Below, piece after piece: positions 13,042 to 26,074 of a DNA stretch of 64,000 nt. Below the pieces are notes generated by a model, which saw only the letters and a program-made list of their open reading frames with translations, ran no database searches and was not told the origin of the DNA. The stretch's first letter is position 1; each line of letters begins with the position of its first letter. The translations under genes were made by a program, and so were the position numbers. The stretch comes from Octopus vulgaris (Eukaryota), in NCBI GenBank assembly GCA_951406725.2, contig OX597828.1, positions 16,306,001 through 16,370,000 on the forward strand, given 5' to 3'.

Positions 13042-13045
13042 GGTG
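12566..13045. repeat. Compound (ACT/ACC)n trinucleotide microsatellite
   Basis: Direct reading; source of the poly-T/L/V/S ORFs. Confidence 0.95.
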
Positions 13046-13253
13046 CTGCTGCTGCAGCAACCTTCTAGGCTTATACTAATAATGATGACGACGACGACAA
13101 CGATAATGAGGATAAAGACGACGATAAGAGCGACAATGATTTTTTTTTCACTCAGCTTCGTAGGAGTGCCGCTCTCCATCTTGCAGTCTCAGCAGCCAAA
13201 TCATTCGTTTTCGCATTATTCTATCGCTTTTTCTGCGATACCTCCTGCAGCCT

Positions 13254-13315
<62 letters not shown>

Positions 13316-14248
13316 ACTGAGCCGCCACTTCGCAGGTAATCTCTATCTCTTATAAGCTCTGCCCCTCTCCAGCTCACGTCCTCTTCTACATCGCTTGCTC
13401 CTTCACTTGATCTCACTTCAAATTAGCTTAAAATAAATAAACAAATAGATAGATAATTAATTACATAAATAAATTATAAATGAATAAACAAATACACAAG
13501 CATAAAAACAACACATATAAAGGAAAGTAAAATAATAAAATGGAAATAAAATAAAATAAAATAAAATTTCCAAATATAAAAAGAAGACAGAATGAACGTA
13601 TAAATAAAAATGTGGCACCTCCTACCATGTCTTTCTCGACATCTTGCTCCACCATAAACATCGCTTTTGTCGTTAATACATATGTTGAGTTTCTGTGTGA
13701 GATGCGCGTAAGAAATTAGAACCAATTGATCGTTTCAAACAACCACTTACATTTGCATATATGTGTGTGTGTGTGCGTATATATGTATGTTTGTATGTAT
13801 GCATGTATATATATATATACACGTACATAGATTATATGTTTTACATGTACGGACATGTTACGTGTAAATATATGTCGTTGTTATTATGCCAAAGTGTCGT
13901 AAGTCCAAAACGTAAAATGCTAACATAACCCTCCCCAACAGCGTTGTCCTTTACAGAAAGAAAACAGACCTACGAACACCTACACCCACAGAAATAATTA
14001 TACACATGACACCGCTACACATACCACACAGCCCATCCGCACAGGACACCACATTAATACTACACACTTTTCCCACTTCAAGATAATTCTCGCCGACTTC
14101 ACAGCATACCCAACCAAGGAACATAACTCCTAAACTAATCCCCCAGGCCACTTTTTGCTCTACCATTCTTTTTCACAGCAGCCGCTGACCGGTTGTGGTA
14201 ATCCACTTCCGACAATAGAGAGCAGTCACCCTATTTCCTTCCATATCG

Positions 14249-14335
14249 GGTAACTCTGATGAGCGTAAAGTTATATAATCGGCTTGTTACCTAACACTCC
14301 ATTGTATTCTTTACGCGAAACTGATTGGTAAGACC
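14249..14335 (+). ncRNA. Type I hammerhead ribozyme with long stem II
   Basis: ggtaact CTGATGA GCGTAAAG...CTTTACGC GAAAC tgattg GTA agacc; perfect 8-bp stem II base (14263-14270/14309-14316), bulged stem I. Confidence 0.65.
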
Positions 14336-14374
14336 AGCCGTGATGGATATTTAATACTATACATTTCGGATAAC

Positions 14375-14430
<56 letters not shown>

Positions 14431-14752
14431 ACATATATGTATATATATATGTATATATATATGTATAGGTATGTTGGCGCAAACAAAAAATAGAGTTCAA
14501 AATATGAATGCAGTAATCGATTATCGCGGGTGTTACGTTCCAAACCCCGCGCGATAGGTAAAAATTCACCAAGTAGAGACAGTATTGTACTGTATATTAT
14601 TTCATCCTTTATATTATTTTGTTATTATAATTTTATTATTTATTTCATTATAAATGCAAAACAGCACCACAGAGGAATCCACGTAAGCCCAAGTAATAAA
14701 CCGCGACAGGTGAACCGCGATATAGCGAGAGATTACAGCATATGCATATTTT

Positions 14753-14841
14753 TATTAATATCTAGTAGAATATCTGATAAGTGAAAACGCACGAAACTCT
14801 CGGACCTTGAGTCACTCTGTACCTTCTGCTAGATATTAATA
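14753..14841 (+). ncRNA. Hammerhead-like motif with G8A core change and long distal stem I
   Basis: tattaatatctagtagaa tat CTGATAA GTG aaaacg CAC GAA ACTC tcggacctt GAGT C ...ttctgctagatattaata. Confidence 0.6.
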
Positions 14842-14902
14842 ATGTATGTATATACACAGCCACTACGCATTCTTTATTTTCTCTCCGTTTCTTTCTGTGT
14901 TC

Positions 14903-14940
14903 CTTTCTGTGAAAGAGCGTAGGCTCGAAATGTTAAAGAC
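14903..14940 (+). ncRNA. Degenerate minimal hammerhead-like motif (same family as 1670-1704)
   Basis: ctttctgtgaaagagcgtaggctcgaaatgttaaagac. Confidence 0.4.
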
Positions 14941-15251
14941 TTTTTCACTTCCCAAGCGTTATACTAATACATCCCGGCGACGCGTTGTGTCCTTGAGCAA
15001 GACACTTTATTTCTCATTGCTCTAGTGCATTCAACTGGCAAAAATGAGTAGTATCTGTATTTCAAAGGGCCAACCTTGTCACACTCTGTATCACGCTGAA
15101 TCTCCCTAAGAACTACATTAGGGGTACACGGGTCTGTAGAGTGCTCAGTACTCAGCCACTTGCACGTTAATTTCACGAGCAGGCTGTACCGTTGATCATA
15201 TTAGCTGGGATCCTCATCGTCGTTATCGACGGAGCGCTCCTGCTCCTCATG

Positions 15252-15306
<55 letters not shown>

Positions 15307-15787
15307 GCACATACACAGCAACACACACACACGCACACACACACACACAGGTACATATACATATATAAAATGTTACACAGAATGTTACCGATATTAATGT
15401 GTTATATCTGTGTCAATATGTGTGTGTGTGTGTGCGTGTGTTTGTGTGAACCTATGTGTATGTGCGCCTGCGTCAAACTTTGTTTCTGGATAAGCCGAGA
15501 AGTGAAAACATGGGTGTGTATGTGTGTATGCATGTGTAGCTGAGAATACGTACGTGTATATTCTTGTATGTGTGTGTAGTTGTGTGTATGTTCTCCATCT
15601 GTAAAAATTTTTTCTCCATCACTATTTTCCTTCATCTAATTACCACATCTTGCAACTTCCCATTTACGCACTTACAAACACACACACACAGACACACAGA
15701 CACACACATACACACACGCACACACACTCACACACACACACACACAAACACAGAGGCAAATATATTTGTATTGATACATCAATATAT

Positions 15788-15828
<41 letters not shown>

Positions 15829-16545
15829 AACTCACTTCTCCCTATCTCTTTAAGTCTCTGGCTTATTGTATCCCTCATTATGTGAAGATATCTCTTTACC
15901 TCTCTCTCTGTTTAGTGCGCTGCCCCTCCCTCACTCTTTCTGTCGAAGTCTCTCTTTTATCCTCCTTTTCTCTCTCTCTCTCTCTCTTTCTGTCTTCCTC
16001 TTTATACGTCTGACTCTTTGAGTCCTTCACTATATCCATTTATTTTCATCTCTCAGCTTAGCTCTCTACCTCTCTTTCTCTCACCCCCTCTCTCTCTCTC
16101 TCTCACTGTCCCAGCCCCTGTTTCACTATCTCTCACACCTCCTATCACATTCACTCTCTCTTACTCTCTCTCTCTCTCTCTACCTCTAACCCACTTTTTC
16201 TCTCTCACCCTTCCTGTCATTCTCTTCTATATCTCGCTCTTTGTGTCCTTCACGATCTCAATCTATCTTTCTACTTTTCTCTTTGAAACTCTCTCTCTTC
16301 TACACCTCTCATTCCCACCCTCTCTCTCTCTCTCTGTCTGTCTTTCTTTTGCCTTTCTCTAACTTCTCCTCTCGTCCCCAATACCTCACTCTACCGTAAT
16401 TTATATTTCACAACACTTATCTATGATTGTCTAGGCTGGTTCGTCCCTTTTCCCCTTATTTTTGTTTAAATCTCAAATAACGCATGCGCGAATGTCAATT
16501 ATGTATATGTATATGCAAATGTATGGATACATACAAACGTACGTA

Positions 16546-16609
<64 letters not shown>

Positions 16610-16759
16610 TATATACATATACATATATTTATGTCTGTATATGAATATATGTGGATGCGTTTGTGTAGATATGATCCTTATGTGAGTGTATATGCATGCA
16701 TGATATGTTTTTGTATATATGCATGTACGTAGATACATACATATATATATATATATATG

Positions 16760-16818
<59 letters not shown>

Positions 16819-16821
16819 CGC

Positions 16822-16857
<36 letters not shown>

Positions 16858-17068
16858 ACGTATATATATATGTGTGTGTGTGTATACAGGCGCAGACACA
16901 TACGCAAACACATACAGGTAGGCACATATACAAGCATGAATTTAAGCATAACTATGCTCATATGCATCGTAAATGTATATCTACACGCAGATGTAGGACT
17001 ACACGCATAAACACACACCTCTTCCAGGGGCACAAACACTCACGCACACACACACACACACACGCACG

Positions 17069-17134
<66 letters not shown>

Positions 17135-17287
17135 GACATATATATGTATACATACGTATACACACACATATACGTACATGTACACTCAACCACACGTGGG
17201 TGGTTCTGTATATAAACATGGACCCACACACATACGCACACATGTATATTGTATATTACGTATGTATATGTTTAAAGGTATATATAC

Positions 17288-17331
<44 letters not shown>

Positions 17332-17817
17332 ACTCCATACACATTATATGTATATACAGAAGAACACGCATAAATAACTGTTAGCGTATAGGTATACACA
17401 TCCAAACTTTATGATCGACCATTAATTTTCCTATGCATGGTTTTCCCTCTTACACGTTATACTTTAATGTTCTACAGCGTTTAGATTATAGGTAAGTGAC
17501 AAAACAGTCATACATACACTTTTACAATCGTAGATGCACGCACACGTACACACATATATTTATATATGCACATTCATACCATACATATATATGCATATTA
17601 TATCTGTGCTCGTACACACACGTTAATGAAAGAATCTTTAAATTTAGATGTATACGTACGTATTTATAAATATTATAAATATATACCTGTATATATTAAT
17701 AATATTTATATGCATATATACATACATATATGTATATACATATGTATGTATATATATATGTATGTACATACATACACATACATATATATACATATATATG
17801 TGTATACGTATATGCGT

Positions 17818-18052
17818 GGAGGCGCAATGGCCCAGTGGTTAGGGCAGCGGACTCGCGGTTTCAATTCCCAGACCGGGAGGCTCCGGCAGGAGGTGGTGAT
17901 CGCTGCTGTACTCTTTCACCACACTTTCTCCCACTCTTTCTTCTGTTGGCCTGCTCGCTTAGCCAGCAGGGTGGCGTCATTCGAAGGCTAAAACAATGAC
18001 CAGCGATGTGTAACAACATCTGATGGTCTGGTCGGTCACGTAATCACGTGAT
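17818..18052 (+). mobile_element. SINE family C copy with internal deletions
   Basis: Same tRNA-like head as 8321; its tail matches 56975-57092 on the minus strand. Confidence 0.75.
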
Positions 18053-18054
18053 AT

Positions 18055-18405
18055 GTATATGCATATATGGGTACAGGACGTGAAAAAACGTAAACAACAT
18101 GAAATACGAAATACAAAAATACATTTGGGTATGCAAACAATGAAAGAAACAAAGGGAAAACAAGACAAAAAAACATAAAGAACGACCCTTCATCAGTTGT
18201 CGCCTCTCTATCTACTCCTCATATCGAGCATTTAACGACAATATGAGGCTTCGAAAAACAGTTGCTCCCGCGAAGACAGCCGACAGGTGTCGTTCTTTAT
18301 GTTACTTGTATAGTTTTCCATTTGTTTCTCTCGTTTGCATATCCAAATTTGGCTTCGTATTTCATGTTGTTTACGTTTTGTGACGTCCTGTACCTATATA
18401 TGCAT
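18055..18405. repeat. Fold-back repeat with ~130-bp imperfect inverted arms
   Basis: tatgcatatatgggtacaggacg...aacataaagaacgac (18058-18187) vs gtcgttctttatgtt...cgtcctgtacctatatatgcata (18289-18405). Confidence 0.75.
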
Positions 18406-18498
18406 ATATATATGTATATATATATATATGTATATATATATATACATATACATATACACACACATATATATATGCATATATATGTATGTATATATGCA

Positions 18499-18535
<37 letters not shown>

Positions 18536-18612
18536 TTGTGTATATATTATTTATATTATTATATCATTGAACTCCACGCATCCATTTCCAAGTAAGTTAA
18601 TCTCTCTCTCTC

Positions 18613-18664
<52 letters not shown>

Positions 18665-18747
18665 TTTTTGTGTTAATGTCTTTTGAAGAAATGGTGTCTA
18701 CATCGTAACCATTCACCCAGACAAACTTAATCACAAATATATGGGCG

Positions 18748-18854
<107 letters not shown>

Positions 18855-18859
18855 GTCTG

Positions 18860-18916
<57 letters not shown>

Positions 18917-18957
18917 AATACATACATATATATGTAATATATATTTAATTTGTATGT

Positions 18958-19290
18958 GGAGGCCCAATGGCCCAATGGTTAGGGCAGCGGAGTCGCGGTC
19001 GTAGGATCGCGGTTTCGATTCCGCAGTGAGTCTTTATTGAGTGAAAACACCTAAAGCTCCAAGAGCAGGGGTTGGTGGTTATCTCTGCCGTACACTTTCA
19101 CCACAACTTTCTCTCACTCTTTCTTCCTGTTTCTCATGTACCTTTATTTTAAACGGCCAGCCTTGTCAGACTCTGTCTCACGCTGAATCTCCCCGAGAAC
19201 TAGGGAAAGGGTACATGTGTACGTGGAGTGCTCAGCCACTTGCACGTCAATTTCACGTTGATCGGATCAACTGGAACCGATAGAGTGCCA
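18958..19290 (+). mobile_element. SINE family C
   Basis: ggaggcccaatggcccaatggttagggcagcgg head plus the shared body. Confidence 0.75.
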
Positions 19291-19519
19291 CGCATAATAC
19301 ATACATACATATTTATATAGATATTATTATTAATTAATATCATTAGTAAAATGAATATTAAGAACAGTAATATAAGTGGCCAGCAATCAAAAGCATGATA
19401 AATAGCAAATCCAAAATTTTATAATTGATTCATAAATATAATAGGTCACACGCGGTGCCAACATTGCTGTGAAAATCAGACTCGAAAAATCGTCTAATAA
19501 TAGGACAACAATATATCAT

Positions 19520-19905
19520 TTTTATTTTCTGCATGTTTCTGTCATTAGACTACCGCCATGCTGCAACACTTCTTTGGAGAATTTCTAGTCGAATATATAG
19601 ACCTCATTACTTACTTTTAAAGCCTGGCATTTCTTCTATCGGTCTTCATTGCCGAACCGTTAAGTTACGGGGGACGTAATCACAAAGACAACGGTGAAGG
19701 GTTAAAGAAACAAGCACAGATGCACACGCGTGCGCGCATATACACGGTGGACTTCTATCATTTAGCGTCTACCAAATCCTCTCGCTTTGCTTTAATTGCT
19801 CCGAGGTTATAGTAGAAGACACTTGCCTGAAGTGCCACGTGGAGAGACTGAACCCGGAATCCTGTGGTTGGGAAGTAAGCATCTTACCACACAACTACGC
19901 CTGTG
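19520..19905 (-). mobile_element. Old SINE family A copy
   Basis: Diverged match to family A (gccgaaccgttaagttacgggg; gaagacacttgcc; gactgaacccgg). Confidence 0.7.
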
Positions 19906-21021
19906 TCCCCCTTCATACATACATATATAATTCTTAATTTGCTTCTATTTATCTTTACATTTGCCCCTTTCCCTCAGGCGCCCGAAATAGTTGACTCACT
20001 TCACATATACGCGGTCGTTTTCTTAATTTAGCAGTGGATTGAGCTAAAGAGTGGCAGAATAATATCACTTGGCTTGAGATAAAATATAACTAAAAAGCAT
20101 TTAAAATAAATAACTTTGCATTAGTTAGAACTCGTTATTCCGTTCTGAATTTAGATCCTGATGATGCGGCATAGTATTTTTTTCTCCTGCAGCACCCGCC
20201 CTTATATTTCTCTGAGTTTTGTAAAATAAAAAAAGGAAAATTTATGGAATGTTGAATAAATTTGAATGCCAAGATCGTGTCCTTTAACAAACCCCTTCCC
20301 CAAAAGACGCAATTTCTATTTTTTTTTTGTCTTCTGGGTGACAGTAGAATAGGCGGACATCAATCAGCAGAACGAGGACAATTCTTCTAAAGATGGAGTC
20401 GAATGTAGGTGAGTAATGGAGAGTTCCATTACGAAGGGAGATAATAACGAACGCTTTCGTAAGCTGGCTGCTGTATAAGAAGCCCCATCAAACTGAACAA
20501 AAGCGGACACACAGACACAACTGTAACGATAAACAGAAACTACGTGATTATAATCGTACACTCAGTAAAATATACGTACGTATGTAAACGTGCATAATTA
20601 TATAAATATTTATACAGAAGAAGTCGGACGGAAAATACCGAAAATGGGAAGGTGGTGTGAGAGTGAATACGATGGTTGGAGGAGGTGGAGATCAATATTT
20701 ATATTGTGGTGATGGCGGCAGCGGCGGCGGCGGCGGTGGCGGCGGTGGTGGCGGTGGAGGTGGTGGTGGTGGTATAGGTTTCCAGGTTGAGTATTGGTCA
20801 TTGGCCCCGTAAGTTGTCGACTTGCCCTTTATCCAGGTGGTACGCTATAGGTGAAAATACAATTAGAGGCGTGGACATGTGGACTGAAATCATGGGGGTT
20901 ATGGGGGTTAGTGTAACCGATACTTTTCTTCGAACAACGAGAAGATGGTCTTTGAAGCGATCAGCTGAACGGTTAATAAGTCTCATTTAGACACAAAGAA
21001 TAGCAGTTCTAATGCACTTTA

Positions 21022-21979
21022 GGCGGCAAGCTGGCAGAAGCGTTAGCACGCTGGGCGAAATGCGTAGCGGTATTTCGTCTGCCGCTACGTTCTGAGTTCA
21101 AATTCCGCCGAGGTCGACTTTACCTTTCATCCTTTCGGGGTCGATTAAATATGTACCAGTTACGCACTGGGGTCGATGTAATCGACTTAATCCGTTTGTC
21201 TGTCCTCTCTGTGTTTAGCCCCTTGTGGATAGTAAAGAAATAGGTATTTCATCTGCTGATACGTTCTGAGTTCGAATTACGCCGAGGTCGGCTTTGCCTT
21301 TCATCCTTTCGGGGTCGATAAATTAAGTACCAGTTACGCACTGAAGTCGACCAAATTGACTGACCCATCCCCCAAAATTTCGAGCCTTGTGCTTAGAATA
21401 GAAAGTAATATATAATATTCTTTTCTACTATAGGGGAGGTGGATAGTCGATTATATCGACCCGAGTGCGTAACTGGTACTTAGTTTATCGACCCCGAAAG
21501 GACGAAATGCAAAGCCGAACTCGGCAGAATTTGAGCTCAATACGTAAAGACAGTCCAAAATATCTATTTCTTTACAACCCACAAGGGGCTAAACACAGAC
21601 AGGACAAACAAGGACAGACAAACGGATTAAGTCGATTATAACGACCCCAGTGCATAACTGGTACTTATTCAATCGACCCCGAAAGGATGAAAGGCAAAGT
21701 CGACCTCGGCGGAATTTGAACTCAGAACGTAGCGGCAGACTAAATGCCTATTTCTTTACTACCCACAAGGGGCTAAACACAGAGAAGAAAAACAAGGACA
21801 GACAAACGAATTAAGTCGATTATATCGACCCCAGTGCGTAACTGGTACTTAATTTATCAACCCCGAAAGGATGAAAGGCAAAGTCGACCTCGGCGGAATT
21901 TGAAATCAGAACGTAGCGGCAGACGAAATACGACTACGCATTTCGCCCGGCGTGCTAACGTTTCTGCCAACTCGCCGCC
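21022..21979. mobile_element. Cluster of family B SINE units: two on plus followed by three on minus
   Basis: ggcggcaagctggcagaagcg at 21022, repeated Meta-type bodies, and reverse-complement head ending ctcgccgcc at 21979. Confidence 0.85.
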
Positions 21980-22520
21980 TTCGCAATATATATAATACTG
22001 CTAAAGGCTACGAGGTGGCAGAATTGTTAGCATGCCGAGCAAAAAAGAAAAAAAAATGCTTACTAGCATTTCGTTCGTCTTTTACTGTTTTGAGTTCAAA
22101 TTCTGCCGAGTTCGACCTTGTTTTTTATCCTTCGTGGTTGATAAAATAAGTACTGAGATCGAGGTAATCGACTAACCCCCTGGCCCGAATTTGCTGGTCT
22201 TGTGCTAAAATTTGGAACCCGTGAATGGTGGAGATATCGACACAATTATCAGATACGTCGACAATGGACTTTGGATTGCATAGAAATGCTGGTTGGAGGG
22301 CAAATGTGACATCGTGTGCAGAACGAGTGAAGGTTCTTTACTGGATTTGTTTAGGAATAAGTGAACGCCTGATGCGAGAGTCGCGCATACTTTTTAATAC
22401 TTTTCGAAGGAGAGAGTACAAGCTCAAAAAGGATGGGTGGTTACATTTACCGAAATGTAAAAAAAAAAAAAAAAAAATTAAATTAAATAAATGGTCACGG
22501 CAGTCCACCATTACTTTATA

Positions 22521-22930
22521 GGCGCAGGAGTGGCTGTGTGGTAAGTAGCTTGCTAACCAACCACATGGTTCCGGGTTCAGTCCCACTGCGTGGCATCTTG
22601 GGCTAGTGTCTTCTGCTATAGCCCCGGGCCGACCAAAGCCTTGTGAGTGGATTTGGTAGACGGAAACTGAAAGAAGCCCGTCGTATATATGTATATATAT
22701 ATATGTGTGTGTGTGTTTGTCTGTGTTGGTTCCCCTAGCATTGCTTGACAACCGATGCTGGTGTGTTTATGTCCCCGTTACTTAGCGGTTCGGCAAAAGA
22801 GACCGATAGGATCAGTACTGGGCTTACAAAAAGAATAAGTTCCGGGGTCGAGTTGCTCGATTAAAGGCGGTGCTCCAGCATGGCCGCAGTCAAATGACTG
22901 AAACAAGCAAAAGAGAGTAAAGAGTAAGAG
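22521..22930 (+). mobile_element. SINE family A, full length
   Basis: Complete head to aaagagt tail. Confidence 0.9.
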
Positions 22931-24152
22931 GTGTAGAAGAAGATGGTACACGTTGAAGATGGTACAAGCTTGTAGCTTGGAATGTGTGAGAAGAGTGAAT
23001 TTTGCTATCAAACAGTATGTGCGGGGCCAGTGTGCTGTCCAATTATTTGTATTGTCTTGATATGTATTTTAGAGCTTTTGGTGATTCAAGTACCTCCTGT
23101 GAAAGAAGGACTCGATCCAGCTCGTGAAATAGTCAACGTCGATGAGGGTCTAGAGCGCATTCACAGAAGGGGTTGTTAATTAAAACTAAGGGGAAATCTC
23201 TGACAAGGTAATATCACCGCATGTGAGATTACCTTGGTAGTTTTCTAGTTGGTTGGGTGCTGGCCAAAAGTTAAATGAATAGAGCTTACTCGAAATAGTG
23301 TGGGGAGAAAAAAACAGAAGTCGAAAAATCGGTGGTGGAGGTAAGGTGATGGATGCAAACAGAAAACTATATATATAATAGAACCGAAGAGTGCGGGATT
23401 GTAAATGGAAGAACGTGAGTCTGTAAGAGAATCTGATGTCGCTGTGTAAGGGAAGTTTTTTTGTGCATACTTCACTTTACCACACCCACTAACAACTATT
23501 CTATCTAAGACGTTATCCACCAACACATTGGAGGACAATATAAGGAACAACGACTAATTTCCTAGCTGACATCCTCTACTTCCTTTCATAGTCTGAATAC
23601 CGACCTCTGCTTGCTTTGATCCTTCTCCAACACCGTTTCTCTTCTCTAAACTCCCTCCCACCGTCTTTTTCACGTCCGTCTCTCATCTTAGTACTTTTCG
23701 TGACATCATTTTATAACTCTTCATGCTTATTATGCACAACACACACTTACATATCTGAATATGTGTAATTGCTTATATATATTTTGCTATGTATGTTCAT
23801 GTTTTATCTATTTTGCCGCTAGAGTTGTGTCTGTGTGTTCATTCCTGTTCGGTTGGGAAGTCCGCCATTTTGCAGCTCCCTGCCTGTTCGTTTATTGTCT
23901 TCCTTTGTAATGAAATTCTCGATTACTCCCTTTCCCCGCCATACACACTCTTCTGTCTGACTCCAGTTTTAGAAACCTCTTTACTATTTCCGGTCGCCGT
24001 TAAACTTCCTTGCAATATTGCCAGATCAATTATATAAAAAGAAACTCAAAAAATTTAAAAACTACCGGATTTGTGTTAGTAACTGACCCACGTGTTACTA
24101 CATGCATATGCATACATACATACATACATACATACATACATACATACATACA

Positions 24153-24184
<32 letters not shown>

Positions 24185-24250
24185 CATACATACATATATA
24201 CATACATACATACATACATATATACATACATACATACATGCGCACATACA

Positions 24251-24284
<34 letters not shown>

Positions 24285-24286
24285 CA

Positions 24287-24320
<34 letters not shown>

Positions 24321-24322
24321 CA

Positions 24323-24356
<34 letters not shown>

Positions 24357-24413
24357 CATGCACACATACATACATACATACATACATATGCATACATACA
24401 TACATACATGTAC

Positions 24414-24446
<33 letters not shown>

Positions 24447-24506
24447 CATGCACACATACACACATGTATGTATGTAATATATATATATTTAATATATATA
24501 TACAGA

Positions 24507-24558
<52 letters not shown>

Positions 24559-25082
24559 GATATATTTAATATATATATATATATATACATACATATACGT
24601 TTATACATACATATAATACACATATAGACATATGTGAATGTGTGTGTGTATGTATATATATATATATATATATACACATATTTATATATAAAGATTGCTT
24701 GAAGGGCGATTTTAATTTACGTAACTGACCCACATGTCACTACATTTTAAAACTAGCGGATTTGTGTTAGCAACTGATCCACATGTCACTACATACGTAT
24801 ACATGCATACATACATACATACATACATACATACATACACACACACATACATACATACATACATACATATATACATACATATAATACACATATAGACATA
24901 CGTGAATGTGTGTACACACATACACACACACACACATATTTATATATAAGGATTGCCTGAAGGGCGATTTTAATTTACGTAATTGATGATTTAATGATAT
25001 TCAACAGAATTCGTCCACTTAAAAAATTACAGTTTGAAATAGTACTTATCTTAAATTATTACTAGAGATACAAAGAAGGGGA

Positions 25083-25113
<31 letters not shown>

Positions 25114-25240
25114 GAGATAGAGAGAGAGATAGATAGAAAGAGAGAGAATAATGAACTTGCGATGTTGGTGGTAATGATGACGATGATGATGATGATGAAG
25201 ATGACAACGATGACGATGATGATGACAATGATGATGCCGC

Positions 25241-25272
<32 letters not shown>

Positions 25273-25589
25273 ATAATGATGACGATGATGACGATGATGA
25301 TCCGAGTAAGTATGCTGATGATGTTAACGAGGATGACGATATCTGAGATAAGTTTGGTAAACTGACCTCCTCTGATATATAACTGGTATTTATGTATTCG
25401 AAGCCATGGATAAGCCTTTATATAATCGGGAGGCCTTTAAGAAATAGCAGCCAAATACCTTTCAATACATACAATCTAACACTACAATTTGAAAAACTCA
25501 TGTTCAGTTTTGGAGAAATGGCAATACCTGCGACCTTCGCAGACTTTCCTATATCAGCGAGAGTCATATTCTTTCTTTTTCTTCTCTTC

Positions 25590-25915
25590 TTTTACTTGTT
25601 TCATTCATTTAACTGCGGCCATCCTGGAGCAATACCTTTAGTCGAACAAATCGACCGTAGGACTTGTTCTTTGTAAGCCTACTACTTATTCTATCGGTGT
25701 ATTCTGCCGTACCGCTAAGTTACAAGGACGCAAACACACTGATATCGGTTGTCAAGCGATTGCATGTGTGTGTGTGTGTGTGTTGGGGGCAAAAACAGAC
25801 ACTATGGCCCGAGGCCATAGTAGAAGACACTTGCCCAAGGTGCCACGCAGTGGGACTGAACCCGGAACCATGTGGTTGGAATGCAAGCTTCTTACCACAC
25901 AGTCACTCCTGCGCT
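25590..25915 (-). mobile_element. SINE family A, internally deleted
   Basis: Ends cacagtcactcctgcgc (reverse-complement head). Confidence 0.75.
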
Positions 25916-26074
25916 TAAATATTGTTAACGTTATTTTCAAATATTTGGCTATCGATGACTACTGGGAAGATATTTCTGGAGGGGCATATTTCTAGAGAGG
26001 GTCATCGATTTTCTGGGTAATAAGGATTGGGTGAATTATTTGGTAAAAATTTTCCTTCCTTCTCTAGTTATACC

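Larger units (their letters stand above)
20790..23500 (-). pseudogene. Ancient fragmented Penelope-like (Neptune-type) ORF relic interrupted by SINEs
   Basis: In minus-strand order: thumb-like FPLVLINNP (~23180), KSMRDSRIRRSL and RCHICP linker (22290-22400), GIY-YIG-like NRSADRFKDHL...PIAYHL (20800-20990). Confidence 0.55.

Noticed and set aside
12508-13068. Mucin-like poly-Thr ORF
   Set aside because: TTG start in a eukaryote and almost wholly (ACT/ACC)n repeat.
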